From Callorhinchus milii (taxonomy: Eukaryota), in NCBI RefSeq assembly GCF_018977255.1, contig NW_024704745.1, positions 68,448,001 through 68,512,000 on the forward strand: a stretch of 64,000 nucleotides of DNA. Direction: 5' to 3'. Positions within the stretch are counted from its first letter, which is position 1, and each line of letters begins with the position of its first letter. Positions 25,635 through 39,003 of the stretch are shown here, piece after piece. Made by a program: the position numbers and the translations under genes. The notes beneath the pieces are model-generated. The model did not search any database. It saw only the letters and a list, made by a program, of their open reading frames with translations, and was not told the DNA's origin.

Positions 25635-25990
25635 ACATAGAATCAAAGAATCTTACAGCACAGAAGGAGGCCATTTGGCCCATCGTGCCTGTGATGGTTC
25701 TTTGAAAGAGCTATTCAACTAGTCCGACTCCCCCGCTCTTACCCCATAGCCCTGCAAATGTTTCCTTTTTAAGTACCTATCCAATTCCCTTTTGAAAGCT
25801 ATTATCGAATCTGCTTCCACAATCCTTTCAGGCAGTGCAACTTTCTGGTTAAAACATTTCTCCTAGTTTCATTAGTTCTTTTCCAATTATCTTAAATCTG
25901 TGTCCTCTGGATACCGACCCACCCACCAGAGGAAACGTTTTTCCCCTATCTACTCTTATCAAAACCACTCATAATTTTGAACAGCTCTTA
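25635..25990 (-). mobile_element. CR1 LINE 3' end
   Basis: CATAGAATCAAAGAATCTTACAGCACAGAAGGAGGCCATTTGGCCCATCG.. is the reverse complement of a typical CR1 3' tail. Confidence 0.8.
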
Positions 25991-26195
25991 TAATAACAAC
26001 AAGAAGGGTGACGACATTAAAGTTGATCTGTTCGAAGACAGGGAGCCAATGGAGCCAAGGATAGCAGTGGTCGGCGTACGGAGTTTGGTTTTACGGAATT
26101 TACTGTAAAGTGTAGTAACCGTGAATGATCCAGACAATATTTTTGTGTGGTGAAAAGCAACTCTGAGGAGAAGTTTGAGGCGATGCGATACTCAC

Positions 26196-26287
26196 GTGAA
26201 ACACCTTGTTGGATTGAGTTGCTGTGGCTGAGGTTGGAAGGGTGTTTCTTGAACACTCTCTTTAGCAGGTAAGCACGTTCATTCAGA
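26196..26287 (-). CDS. ATP8A2: ATP8A2-like, penultimate coding exon
   Basis: TCTCTCCCCCCAG| (S)LNERAYLLKRVFKKHPSNLSHSNSIQQGVS(H) |GTGAGT; 92 nt, phases fit both neighbours. Confidence 0.9.
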
Positions 26288-29200
26288 CTGGGGGGAGAGA
26301 AACAAAGAACATTTGAAGCCCCACAAGTGAACAGCAGGGCTTTTACCTGTTAGCTCTGAGAGGCCAATCTACCAAACATCTGCACGAGAGATTCAAAGGA
26401 AGACAAACAGAATTATTCACACTTGGCTACACCATCCCTGCTGGCTCAATTGTTTCAGTAATTAAAAATAATCCTCTCAACCAATTAAGATAGTGGGTAC
26501 CAATTGGCATGGATTATCTTTGCTAACAATGAGTGGGATTGTTCCTAATAGTCTCCTAACAAATGCGTAATTGGCTGGCCACAAGTAAAGTAAATCTTCC
26601 CTGAAGAGGCTCCTGAATATGATTTTCATAAAGGGTCGTGGATTGGGGTTTCTTGTGGATAATTACTCGGCAATTCATTTAAAAAAAGCAGTTAGTTTTA
26701 AATTATCCAAGTTAAGGGCTCCTCTGCGGACTGCATACACAAAAGTGGGACATAATGAGTGAAATCCCTGTCACTGGCTGTCCTGCCTCGAAATAGAGCA
26801 GTCAATGGGACTGGTCTGTTAAGGGAACTGTGGTCGCATCTTTACCTTTCAATGTCAATAAAAACAGGCAAATGTAACAAACAACTGCGGTCATTCTCTG
26901 CACGACGCTGCTTTTGGAAGCAATAATACAGAGCAGGTCTGTTGTAAATTGCGGAGGGGTGTCACCTCACCTAGTGCCAGAGCCAGGAGTTTTGAATTAT
27001 TCCTATAAATAAGCAGTGGTTGGAGGTGGAGGAGGGAGGAAATAGCTGGAATAGTCCATACCTGAGCAGCAGGAGCCAGACAGAGGCTGAGGGACATGAA
27101 TTCAGTGTGAGTGGGTGGGACACACTTAGCTGCTGTTAGTTGAAGCAAGCGCAATTTCTGTAAATAAGTTTATTGCACTGTATTGTGCCCTGCGATCCAC
27201 TGTAAAATCCTTATTCTGTAATATTCATTGTGATCATTCATCTCACATTCTGTTGCTTGGTACTCGCTCAATATTGTTTTTGGCTGTTATTTTACTTACG
27301 ACTGTTTTATAATCTTGTTAAAATTGCTGCTGAGTCCCTGCCTGTTTTTACGTGTTTTACAGAGGCAGTCTGTGTCTCCCACTCCACCCGGCTCTGAAAA
27401 CAATTAACCCTGTCAGCTCCTGAGCTTTTAAGTATTCTTAAAAAAGAGAGATGGGGGGAGGGGGTCTTAATTTGCAGCATTGCTCAATAGGATGAGAATC
27501 TCCAAATAATTCCCAGTTAACAGCACTCCAGATTGTGTGGGAGTGACGTCTCCATCAGATCAGTGTGACTGTGTTTCGCCCACAAAATGTACAGTCAAAT
27601 AACTTCAAAGTATATTCTGTGAAGCGCTTTGAGATGTCTGAACGATGTGATGAGGCGCTATATCAAGTGCAAGGATTATTATTTTTACAGTAAAATTCGC
27701 ATAAATCTTATCGATATAAATTGTATAATCCCCTAAATCGTACAATTGCCCAAGGCCTGTTCAAGAGATTATATTTTACGGGAATTTGACATAACTCATA
27801 CTTTTGCATAAATCATATTAAATGTATGGTCCCAACTGATACAATTTATGTGATGTTTACTGTATTATTATTTACTCCCAGTTACTGGAAGGAATTCCCC
27901 ATTTGTGTGACTCACATTCCTTATGAAAGAATCACGTTGCGAGATTAGACCTTTTCACGTCCCTTTTGCCTTTCTCCACGTGACGTACCCCACCAGAGAG
28001 AGCAAACAGGATCCATTTCCACCCTTTTAATAACTAGGCATTAAAAAGTTCCTTGGAACAAAGTGAGGCGACTCCTGAACATAGCCTGATCTCATTTGAA
28101 CTCTTTCCCATAACCAGATATCCATTGTCCGGAGCATCACTCCAAAATGCACCTCATTGTCCCACTTGTGGCTAAAGGCCAGTTGTGCCCCTCACCTTGC
28201 TATTTTAGTACGAACAGCAACATTTTAGTTGGTCAGGGAAGGGCAACATTTTTAATAATGGGCATCTTTTTAGCCTTAATAGTAATAATCAGTATAATCC
28301 TTGCATTTGATGTAGTGCCTTATCACATCATTGAGACGTCTTAAAGTGCTTCACAGGATGTGCTGAAAAGTACAGTGACTGTGTATACTGTAGGCAAAAT
28401 GGCCTTCTTATTGATTACTGGGTTCTGTCAATAATACTAATCCTTGCATTCAATGTAGCGCCTTACCACGTCTTCGAGACGTCGCAAGGCGCTTCACAGA
28501 ATATACTGAAAAAGTGAACTGACTATATTTTGTTGGCAAAATCTTAAAAGAAACTATTTTTTTTTAAAAATCAGTGAATTTTGATCATCCTTAGAGCACT
28601 GAAGAGTTAAATGCCCTGTTTAGATGTAGTCCAGTGTTAAAACGAGTGTCGAGTTTTCTTTATGAAGAGAATCTAATGTGGCACGTAAAATAAAAAGGCA
28701 ATGAGTGAGGCTCTGATGGCAATTAAATGTGGCCTGTTGAGGCCAAGTGAAGGGCAAAGAGCTTTCATTTCAACCTTGTGTCATAGGCGTACCTGTAATT
28801 ATTTATTTACAACATTTTAAAAGAGAATGAATCCTCCCTCCACCCAACCACAGCCCTGCCATGAAACCTTGCATGACAAGCATTTCACAACGAGCTTTGA
28901 TGCTGTCGTTTTGTATCGGGCTTGGGAAAAGTGCTTCTGTAGTCAGCCCCCTATGCTCACAATAAGGGCATTGAGAAAACAACACTTCAAGAGCACCCGG
29001 AGTGCTGGGTAGGTCATGGCTGGGGGTCAGAGCTACAGATATAGCAGGGGCACCCTTTTGGTATTCATGAGGTGACTGACGAAGATTTCTACACAGATCA
29101 GAAGGATTGGCATTTTCTGTGGGTTCGAACCAACAAAACACGTCTGCTCCCCCACCTCTCCACCCCTCTCAAAAAAAGGATAAATTATACCACCATCAAG

Positions 29201-30748
29201 ATACACACCCAAACAACTATGTTAAACAGACTGTGACATTTTGGTTTATATCCACAACAGTGTTCTCACTCCCCCTGTTTTTATTTGGATTAACAGACTA
29301 TAAAGCTAACAATTGTTCATGCTAATGTGATGGCCACAGCCTGAAATATCTGGTTAGCAGCCCTAGCAGCTTGAGGTTTGCAGTCGCTGGGCCAAATTCC
29401 TTAATCAGAAACAAGGAGATTGTGGTTACACATCCTGGCAGACAGTGTGCCGAGCTAAACACAAGTATCACAGAAGCCAGCAGGGGTACCCAGCAGGGTT
29501 ACTAATGGGGAGAAAGGCAGCATGTAGACACACACACACACCACCGACATCACTGTCAATGCAGCCCGTGTCCGACCCCGACCCCTGTATCATTCAGAAT
29601 TCAGAGAATCTTCCAACTGAGGGACAGCAGGAAAACCCACAAAAGCCTGTCTGAATTCTTGAAAGGCAGAGAGTAAGCAGGTGTGAAGGAACTGTGCAAG
29701 AACAAAGGGGGGTAAAAAGGAACATCACAGAAATGAGAAGCAATTGGAGACCAGAGCACAAGTAAAAGGACATGGAAAACCATTGACTAGTTTAGTCACA
29801 CCATTATCTGGTTCACACGAGGACCACACAGAGAATCCGTGAGCAATTAGTGAGAAAGAGAGAGAAAACCAACACAGGGGAGGGAAGATGGCAGTGGTTA
29901 CAAGTCTTACATGATCTCCAGTAAAGCATTTCAACAGCCAAGTGAGTCTGCGTGGAAGCATGCAGATGGAAAAAGTTTTGAATGAGCACGTTACATATGC
30001 AAATACAACGCAAAGTGCTCCGAAAAGGTGGCGGAATTAAACAAAACTTTTACATGCAGCAAACAGATATTCGGAATTAAACAAAACTTTTACAATGCAG
30101 CAAACCTGAGGGCAAATTTTCACCTTGAATTGACTGTATAATTTTATGGGCGAAACGCAGCAGCCTATCTGCGTTTGCGACACTGAGATGTCTTAAAACG
30201 CTTCACAGAATTTTACTGTTAAATGTAGTGCCCGCTCATTTTGTAGGTGACTTGTGACAGCCATTCTGTCCCACATTACGGGCTCGAAGTGAATGATCAG
30301 TTTTACCTGGGAGCTTGTTAGCCAGGAGAACAATGTGACATAATAGAATAGGAACATAGGGAAACTAGAACAGGAGGAGGCCATTCAGTCCGTCAAGCCT
30401 GTTTTACCAGCTCATTAAATAGATGGAATTTCATTTTATTTTTACTGGTTATGTTCATCCATTCATCCAGTGCGTAGCTAACAAACAGGCTGACTCGACA
30501 TTCACATTCATAAAACATGGTGTGCTGGGCATGGAAGGGAAATGGGAGATTAATGCATAGATGATGTTGTACACATAACCTAGTGATCAAATCTGCCCTC
30601 ACGTGGCCTGAATCTGTACAATTGGTATAGAATCAGCTGAAAACACACAGCAGGGTAGCACCACGAAGATCATTCATGTAATTCTACGTTGGGCCAAAGA
30701 AATCAGAAGACACAAAGAAAGCAATCGCACTCTGAAAGGTAATATAAT

Positions 30749-31092
30749 AGTCCTGTTGCTCAGTGGTTAGAGCACTCGCCTCGCAATCGAGAGACCTGGA
30801 TTCGATTACTGGCGGGGCGAAATGTTGGGCAAGTTTCCTTACTCCACACGCCTCTGTTTACCTAGCAGTAAGTAGGAACCCAGTTGTTAGTTGAATGGTA
30901 GATTGCTTTGGTCACTCAATTGGTCACTTACTCCACGACTGTTTGTGGGATACTGCTGTGCGCAATTGGCTGTTGTGGGGTTTCGCCCACAAAATACGCA
31001 GTCAATCCACTTTACAGTATATTCTGTGAAGCGCTTTGAGATGGCTCAAAGATGTGATAAGGAGCTATATCAAATGCAAGGATTATTATTAT
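30749..31092 (+). mobile_element. tRNA-Ala-headed SINE, long subfamily
   Basis: Head, internal CTGTTTACCTAGCAGTAAGTAGGAACCCAG segment, Deu 3' part and (TTA)n tail. Confidence 0.88.
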
Positions 31093-31284
31093 GATAAGAG
31101 ATGATAGCACAAATAGCAGCAGCTGCAGTGAAAACAGCTAACACACTCTGAAAGTCCTGTGTGAATCAAGTATCAAGTTAACATGGGTAAAAGTTGCAAA
31201 CTTCTGCTGGGTGGTAAAGAGAGTTTAAAGGAAAGTCGTGGCTCCATATGTACAATTAACCTGCAGAGCACTGCTTCATCCACA

Positions 31285-31610
31285 ATAATAATAATAAAAC
31301 ATCTTGCATTTGATACAGCACCATTTGCATTGGGAGGACCCTTCACAGATTTACTGTAAGGTGTAATGACTGTGTATGTGTAGGAAAATCACTGCAGCCA
31401 GTTTTCACACAGCAGTGTCCCAAACCAACCGTGAAAAGAATGTCCAATTTTATCCATTGGGATTGCTGGCCAGGACACCGGGAGAAACTCCCTCATCTTT
31501 TCAAACAATGCCATGGGATCTTTTAACCTGCACCTGAACAGGCAGAGGAGACCTCTGTTTAATATCTCATCTGAAGGATGAAATAGTGGTTTCCAATGGA
31601 TATCAGCCAG
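31285..31610 (-). mobile_element. Deu-domain SINE fragment
   Basis: GGCCAGGACACCGGGAGAAACTCCC..GCCATGGGATCTTTTAAC..CACCTGAACAGGCAG. Confidence 0.75.
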
Positions 31611-31967
31611 ACATAGGCATTCAATTCCTATCATTATACTTTGAAAACAAAGAGCATTATCCATAAGGAAATTACATGAAGGCGATGAAACTTCATCAAC
31701 AAACTATAGTCCTGCAACCCTTTCTTTCTGCCCAGTTGCCATTATCTTGAATATGCTTTGCCATGAAGGGATGGTTTTAAAGAGGCAAGCTTACCTAAAA
31801 GTGGCATTCGTAACATGTTTGGTTTCACAGGACACATTTATGTTCTCTGTATTACTGCCGTGAACCCATCCTCACTCAGCTCACTGGTTCCCGTCACCCC
31901 CAATCTCAATTGTGGGCTTTGATAGGATAACAGCTTTCTGGTAAACCAAAAACTCAAACAGCTGATG

Positions 31968-32697
31968 TAATAATAATCTTTGCATTTGAAATAGCGCCCC
32001 TTCATGTCTTCGAGACATCTCAAAGTGCTTCACAGAATACACTGCAAAATGAATTGCCCGTATATCTTGTGGGCGAAATGAGGCAGTCAATTGCACAAAG
32101 CAGTGTCCAACAAACAGTCGTGGATTGATTATTGATTATTATTTATTTATTTGAAGGGATTTGAATTGGAGTCCTGTAGCTCAATGGTTAGAGCACTTGC
32201 CTCGCAAGCGAGGGACCTGGGTTTGATTCCCTGCCAGGGTAAAATTTTGGGCAAGTTTCCTTGCTCCACATGCCTCTGTTTACCTATGTAAGTAGGAACC
32301 CGGTTGTTAGTCGATTGGTGGATTGCTTTTCTGGGGGTGATAATTCCTTAAAAAAATGTAGTCACTCAATTCACGACTGTTTGTGGGACACTGCTGTGCG
32401 CAATTGGCTGCCGCGTTTCGCCCACAAAATATACAGTCAATTCACTTCATAGTATATTCTGTGAATCACTTTGAGACGTCTCAGAGACATGATAAGGAGC
32501 TATATCAAATGCAAGGGTTATTATTACCCCAGAAAAGCGATCCACCAATCGACTAACAACTGGGTTCCTACTTACTGCCTGGTAAATAAAGGCGTGTGGA
32601 GTAAGGAAACTTGCCTAATGTTTCGCCCTGCCGGGAATCAAACCCAGGTCCTCTCGCTTACAAGGCAAGTGCTCTAACCACTGAGCTACAGGACTCC
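31968..32697. mobile_element. Nested SINEs: a + copy (32168-32526) inserted into a - copy of the same long subfamily
   Basis: Minus head at 32697-32521 and minus tail at 32167-31968 are collinear with the consensus when the middle copy is removed. Confidence 0.85.
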
Positions 32698-33014
32698 ACA
32701 ATAACCAGCACTGAACTGGCGCAAAATGACTAATTGTAAACTCTGAAAGCCCACAAAGTGCAAAACATAACAGTCGGAGAGCAAAAGGGAACAATGACAT
32801 TTCACTCTCTGGATTTTTTCCCACTTTGCCAAGTTTCCAGAAACAACGATTAGCTGGTTTGTGAATAAGACTGCGAGACGCCTTTGGATATCCCCAAACA
32901 GTCGTACTCAGTGTATGAAATCCATTTTTGTGAGTATCATAAATTAGGCCCCAGTGGTGACAAAGAGTTACTTGCACTCGTGGAATAGTTATTCATTGAA
33001 TAACTATGAACAAA

Positions 33015-33635
33015 TAAAAACCTGCATTTGATATAGTGCCTTATCATGTTGTTGTTCAAAGAACTTCACATGATTTGCGGTGAAGTGTATTGTTTTGTAT
33101 TTTACAACAAGTTATAGGCAAATGCTGCAGCCAATGTGTGCACAACAACAACTTGCATTTATACAGCATCCTTCAAATGGGAAAAGTCTTGTAGCGCTTA
33201 TTTCGCTTGAGTTGTACAACTAATACCAAGAACAATTTTGAAACCTTTTTTTAAATCAAGTTTATGTCCCACAAAAAGCCATGAAGTGAGGGACCAATTT
33301 TATTTTGGGAATTGCTGGCCAGGCATTGGGAGAAATGTCCCTTTTCAAACCGTGCTATGGGATCTTTAATGTCCAATTGAACAGGCAGACATAACCTTGA
33401 TTTAGCATCTCATTTGAAGGACGGAGCCTCCACAATCCATCGCTTCTCCAGCCCTGCACTGGGGTGTCAGCCAACTCCACATTGGAACTTTGAACTCACA
33501 GTCTAGGCTCCGACAATGCATAGTCAGAGGTGCTGTCCTCACATGAGATGTGTAACCGAGGTCTTGTCTGCCTGATCAGGTGGACTTTATGATCTTATGG
33601 CACCACTCAAAGGACAAGAGAGTTTCTCCTAGTAA
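33015..33635. mobile_element. Deu-SINE fragments (- 33015-33505, + 33505-33635)
   Basis: Deu core motifs in both orientations. Confidence 0.6.
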
Positions 33636-34404
33636 GATGGATTTTAAAGCCTAGACTATGCCAAGAAAAGGCCTGACGTGGGACTTGAACCTACATTCCT
33701 CTCACTTGGAGACTAAGCCAGACTGACACCTGGACAGGAAAGGAAATGAACGAAATACAGACAAAAGCAACATTTCTGTATGGACTGAATGCACACTATA
33801 CTGTGAAATACTGCAGCTCAAGCTTTGTGTTTTAGCAAAAACAAAATACAGGTGGTGTCTTGTACACCAGCGATGGATTTCCTAGGCTTTCTGAATAAAA
33901 AAACAGGCTTTAGCTGTCAAAAATATATTATTATCTGCAACTGAATATACACATTGGAACAAATACATGTTTTGGTTTTGCCAGCTTTTGCAGTGGGACT
34001 GTCTGAAAGGTGCCCCAAGGCTTGGCTTTGGAATAGTCTCTTCTCACAGCATTATGTGCTTGCCATCAGCAATGCAACTAACAAATTAATAACCGCACAT
34101 CACTGCAAACAAAATCCTGTTTCTTTCTCAAGCTTAACTCAATACTTTTCCTGACTTGTTGCCATAGTCAGTGATGGCAAACATTTTTGGGCTGGCTAAC
34201 AAAACAATCATAGAAATAACAAAATAGCAGGATTTATGCCATGAATCAAGAACTATTCAAACAAGAAACATTTATTTTGTTGGCCAATTATGACTCCATT
34301 TACACAGTCACAATACACCTGGAGCAGATACTAAGACACCTTTCTCGTGGGCACAAATGGAAGGGTGTTAGGCACTAGGTGGATGTTGGCGAATGAAATT
34401 ATAT

Positions 34405-34825
34405 CACTGTTGCCTCTGAGTCAGAAGGTCCTGGGTTCAAGGCCTAAGTTGGGACTTTGAACTCACAGTCTAAGCTGACACTCCACTGCAGTGTTGAGGG
34501 AGGTGCTACATTATTGGAGATGCCATCCTCTGGATGAGATGTGAAACTGGGGACCTGACTGCCTGTTCAGGTGGACATTAAACATCCCACTTTTCGAAAA
34601 GAGAAGGAAGTTTCTCCCAGTGTCCCGACCAACAATCCCCCAAATAAAACAGGTCACTCATTTCACGGCTGTTTGTGGGACAATCATGTGAGCACACTGG
34701 CTGCCGCGATCACCACCAAATACACAGTCACTACTCTTTTCAGTAAAATCTTGCGAAGCACTTTGAGACTGTCCCCTGGAGCGAAAGTTGCTGTCGCAAA
34801 TGTAAGAATTATTTATTATTATTAT
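34405..34825 (+). mobile_element. Deu-domain SINE, near full length
   Basis: GCCTCTGAGTCAGAAGGTCCTGGGTTCAAG head; GCTGACACTCCACTGCAGTGTTGAGGGAG..GTTCAGGTGGAC core; tail. Confidence 0.8.
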
Positions 34826-36146
34826 TTATTTTATTGTTGTTGTCAATAAGACAAATGTGTTTTACAGGGGGAAAAAAAATCCACATTTCACAGTAAATCT
34901 CCTACATTAAAATTGTATGCTTGCTAACAGCAACGCAACTAAATTAATACCCGCACACCACTTAGTACATAATCCTATTTTCCCTCAAGCGTAACTCAAT
35001 AACGTGCCATCTTCTCCTGACCTGTTGCTGCAGATTGCTTTGCAGTGCCACATTCTCCCTCGTTCCTGTCCTTTGTGACTCCATTTACATAGTCACAAAG
35101 GTTCGATACATGGGTGTGCGTGTGTGTGCGCTCCTTCAGCAGTCTGCTGCTGGGTTCGTGATGGTTTCCATGGTGACCAGAGAGATAATCACAGTGAAGC
35201 GCTCTTCCTACCCAACAGCATACACATTAAATTATCCCACATCAACACAGTAACTTTCATCTATACCTTTCGCGCTAGTGGAGAAGCCATACGTATTCTG
35301 CTTTTGCTGGGGTCAAACCTTCCTACGGCTGACACTAGGCATGAATTCTCCAAACCCAATTCAATTCCCAAGAGCATTAAGCAGCAAACGCTTCATATAC
35401 CTGAACTTGCTCAACAGTCGCGGTGGAACTGAAAGTATTCCAGATTCCACAGTCCCACAAAAAAAATTATACATTCTTTTTTTCGGCCCAACTGAAAATG
35501 TAGTTTTCAGAACTCTTCCTATGCCAGCTGAGATTTCCGTCCCAATTAAATAAAGAACTCGGAGCCACTGGCTGTCAAACGGGTTATCCCCGAAAATAAA
35601 CACATCTCTCTGCTTTATGCAGCTGGTGACACTCGTACTGTGCAGACTTATGCAACTGAGGCAAATTAAAAATAGAATCGGGAATTCAGAAACCAGTTCC
35701 AGAAACAGAATACTCGACACAATACAGTGTGTACCAGCCGGGCATGTCAGGCCCTCATGGACACTTGTGAGGTTTGTTGGTGAAGTTCGTCTCACTCAGG
35801 CATCAAGACTAATATCACCTCTGTTCACATCCAGTAATCCTGTACTTACAGGCAAAGAATTGAATCGTCTGAGGGAGGGGATGTGTTGAGAGCGAGGATT
35901 TTTAGTATTAATTTGACTTGGTCCATGAGCACTGAACAGTGTCTCTGTCAACTTAGCTGTGGCAGGGAGGGAGGGAGGGGGGGAAGGAAGCCTCCTTGGG
36001 CTTTGGTGGTAAGATGGACATTCTTGTACGCAGAAGCCAGTCTAAAATTAACAAGTCTCTGGTGTAACTGGAAATTAGAAGAGATGATCCATTGTGAAGT
36101 TCATCTCCTAGTCTGAAGCCATTTTAATAGACTCGTTCACAAAGGA

Positions 36147-36178
<32 letters not shown>

Positions 36179-36468
36179 TTAAGGAACAGGATTGGAGGGT
36201 ACAGAAATAGGTGCAGTTCGAGGATGGCCTTGTGAAATGGGTTACCGGGAAAGGGTGGTTGAGGCCAGGATACTCGACTCATTTATAAAACAGCTTGAAG
36301 CTGTGATGCGTGGGTTTTCTGGAAGGATACGATCAGATGGGCTGAAGGGCCTTCTTCATCCAAACCAATCCTGTGATCTTGAATATTTGTTCCTATTCTT
36401 CTGGACAAACAGACACGGAGAAACTCCAGAGTATTGATGGTGCTGTGGTCATGCTCAGCCTTACTTAC

Positions 36469-36573
36469 CTCTTCCCGTTGACACCGCGGAGCACAGCTTT
36501 CCCCGGATCTTGAGACACAGCTTCCAGTTCCTGAACCTCCTGCAGCAAGCTTTTCCGACAGGTATGAAAGCCC
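36469..36573 (-). CDS. ATP8A2: ATP8A2-like coding exon (start of cytosolic tail)
   Basis: GGCACAG| (A)[34 protein letters not shown](S) |GTAAGT; 105 nt; compare human ATP8A2 AKHTCKKTLLEEVQELE..GKAVLRDSNGK. Confidence 0.92.
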
Positions 36574-37199
36574 CTGTGCCAGGACACAATAGGTTACAGA
36601 ATCAAACAGCAGCTGTAAAAATACACAAAACAGAAGACTTGCCCCATCGTCTGTAAATATATCGATCTTGGCGGCGAGATTGTCTGGTTCGCTTCAGTCA
36701 TTCAATTATTAATTTTAGTTTTATATTACTGCTTTTTTAGCTCCACATCCACGGGGAGAAATTCCACATCAGTCTAGTTTTACACTATTGATGTAGAATT
36801 TTAGTGTGCGGAATTTGGCAAATTGTTGCAACCCGTCTCAACTTTGAAGTCGTCTTGTTTTCTGTGGTTCTTAAAAGAAACTTACAGGGAAAAAAAAACA
36901 CTTCTAAATTAACACTGTGTTTAAGAATTTGTCATTTTCTGGCATTCCGAAATGCTAAGAAAATAGAATAGATCTGGACCCTGATGGAATTTCTGCCCAG
37001 CTAGTCTCCGAAGCTAAGAAAGAGTGGACAAGTAAGGGTCTGTCTAATGGGTCACACAGCTACAAGCAAAAAAAAAATACCGATTGAGGCCAACAGTACA
37101 CTCTTAGGACAGAAGAAGATTGCGCAGTAGTGGGGAGAGGAACTGTGGGAAAGAGATCATTCATGGGTAAGGGGTGAAGAGGAAATATGATGGCACTGT

Positions 37200-37495
37200 C
37201 AGGGCAAGCTTTCCTGCTGCTTGTTCAGCTAGGACTATCCTTCTCGTTAGGTCTTTGGTCTGCAACGTTAACAGGAGCTGAGTGGGATGATTCCCTGACC
37301 GCAGTGACTGGTCTGCCCTACCAGCTCCTGCCTATGAGCCAGGCTGCCTGTGCTGTCATCAGCAGTGCCCTGGAATACTGCGGATCCACCTGGCTCAGGA
37401 ACCGGACTACCGAGACTGCTACAGAGGGCTGGCTCGATTCCGAATGTCACCTTGGAGCCAGCTCAGCTCCATGGAAACCCCGCTTACCTCCACCC
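37200..37495 (+). repeat. Unclassified interspersed repeat (3' part)
   Basis: Aligns by eye with 42060-42340 (GAGCCAGGCTG..TGTCATCAGCAGTGCCCTG..GGACTA.CGAGACTGCT). Confidence 0.75.
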
Positions 37496-38848
37496 TTTGC
37501 CCCTAGGAGGATAGTGAAGAAATGAAATGATTCAGCAGAAGCCATGAGACCCCTCCTCTCAGAAATCCACACTGCCAATTTACAATGGAGGTGGTAGTGG
37601 GGGCGGGGAGAGATACTCAACATCTGGATTCATTTGATTAAAAATACAACTTGTAATCCCCACCGCACCCCAGCAGATATATTCCCATTATGTCCTCTGC
37701 CACATCTTGCACTTTAGCTTTGAAGATGCATTTACAACAGAAATTGAAGGCTCTGTCAACAGGGACAGGGTATTAACTCGATACACATCTCAGTGATCCA
37801 ACAAGCTCAGAATTCACACAGCGAAACTCAGGAGCAAATTCACTATCACATGGAAAATCGACTGCCTACAACAACTAAAGAAAACAAAATTCAAAAATGA
37901 AGGGATTGTTGAAAGCTGCACTAAAAGATAATAAGGTATTATTATTAATAATCAGACATATAAGATATGTCTGCTCTTAATAAGAATAACCTTTGCTATA
38001 TCAAATGCAAAGATTATTATTAATATTATTATTAAGGGCAGAAAGAAAAAAGTACTGGAAAAATTAAACAAAAGGCTCAGCCAATTAATCTAAACTCAGT
38101 AATAATAATAATCCTTAATACTAATAATAATCCTTGCATTTGATATAGGGCCTTATCACATCATTAAGACGTCTCAAAGCACTTCACAGAATATACTGTA
38201 AAATTAGTTGACTGTATATTTTGTGGATGAAAAAGTAAGTGAAGGCAGGCTCAGACCAATGTGGAAATGAGGCATAAAAACTCAAGAGGATTCCGGGTTC
38301 AATCTGGTCCATTTTAGTCGTGGTGCTGCTAATATTGACCTCGGCACCCCAGGAGAATACAAACTTAAGGAGGGCTCTCTGCTCTTCATCGCTGTCCTAT
38401 GACCTCTGCTGGAATGTGCGTGCTTGTAGTCTTTGGACAAGAACAGAATTGGATTCGGCTGCAAGATCTGCCATGGTTGAATAGCTGCTGACACTTACTG
38501 CTTGGTCTTGCGCCCCCCCTCCCCCACCCCACCACGCAAACAAGAACAACCAATTGGTCAATTTGCCAGCACAAAGTCCCTCTTGTTGCCCTGGTGGCTG
38601 AGGCGGAGGTTCCTTTGTGAGGGAGAGTTCAGTAGACGCTGTGAATGTGAAGGGTCACTGCTCTGAGAGATGAGGGCCTCTCATCACGTGGAGCCTGAAG
38701 TTGGTGGGATGATCGAGAGGATGTTCGGGTGATCTCAGCCATCTAATTGTCCAAATTGTCTCAGAAAGAAATGAGATAAGTGCTCGATAAAGAGGAATAT
38801 GAATATGTACGGGGAAGGAGCAGGGGACAGTGGGCTTAAAATAGGTGG

Positions 38849-39003
38849 AAACACTCAGCAGGTCAGGCAGCATCTATGGAGAAAGGAACGTTTGTGTTTG
38901 ACTCACTTTCCTTTCTCCATAGATGCTGCCTGACCTGCTGAGTGTTCCCAGCGACTTCTGTTTTTCTTTCAGATTTCCAGGATCTGCAATATTTTATTTG
39001 TTG
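38849..39003. mobile_element. Palindromic Penelope-type element with a 13-bp target-site duplication, inside a CR1 3' end (~38790-39097, +)
   Basis: TTAAAATAGGTGG at 38836-38848 and 39004-39016; perfect 39-bp arms at 38850-38888 / 38908-38946. Confidence 0.8.

Noticed and set aside
35640-35980. Possible decayed L1/Tx1 ORF2 C-terminus
   Set aside because: Only vague resemblance by eye; needs a translated search.
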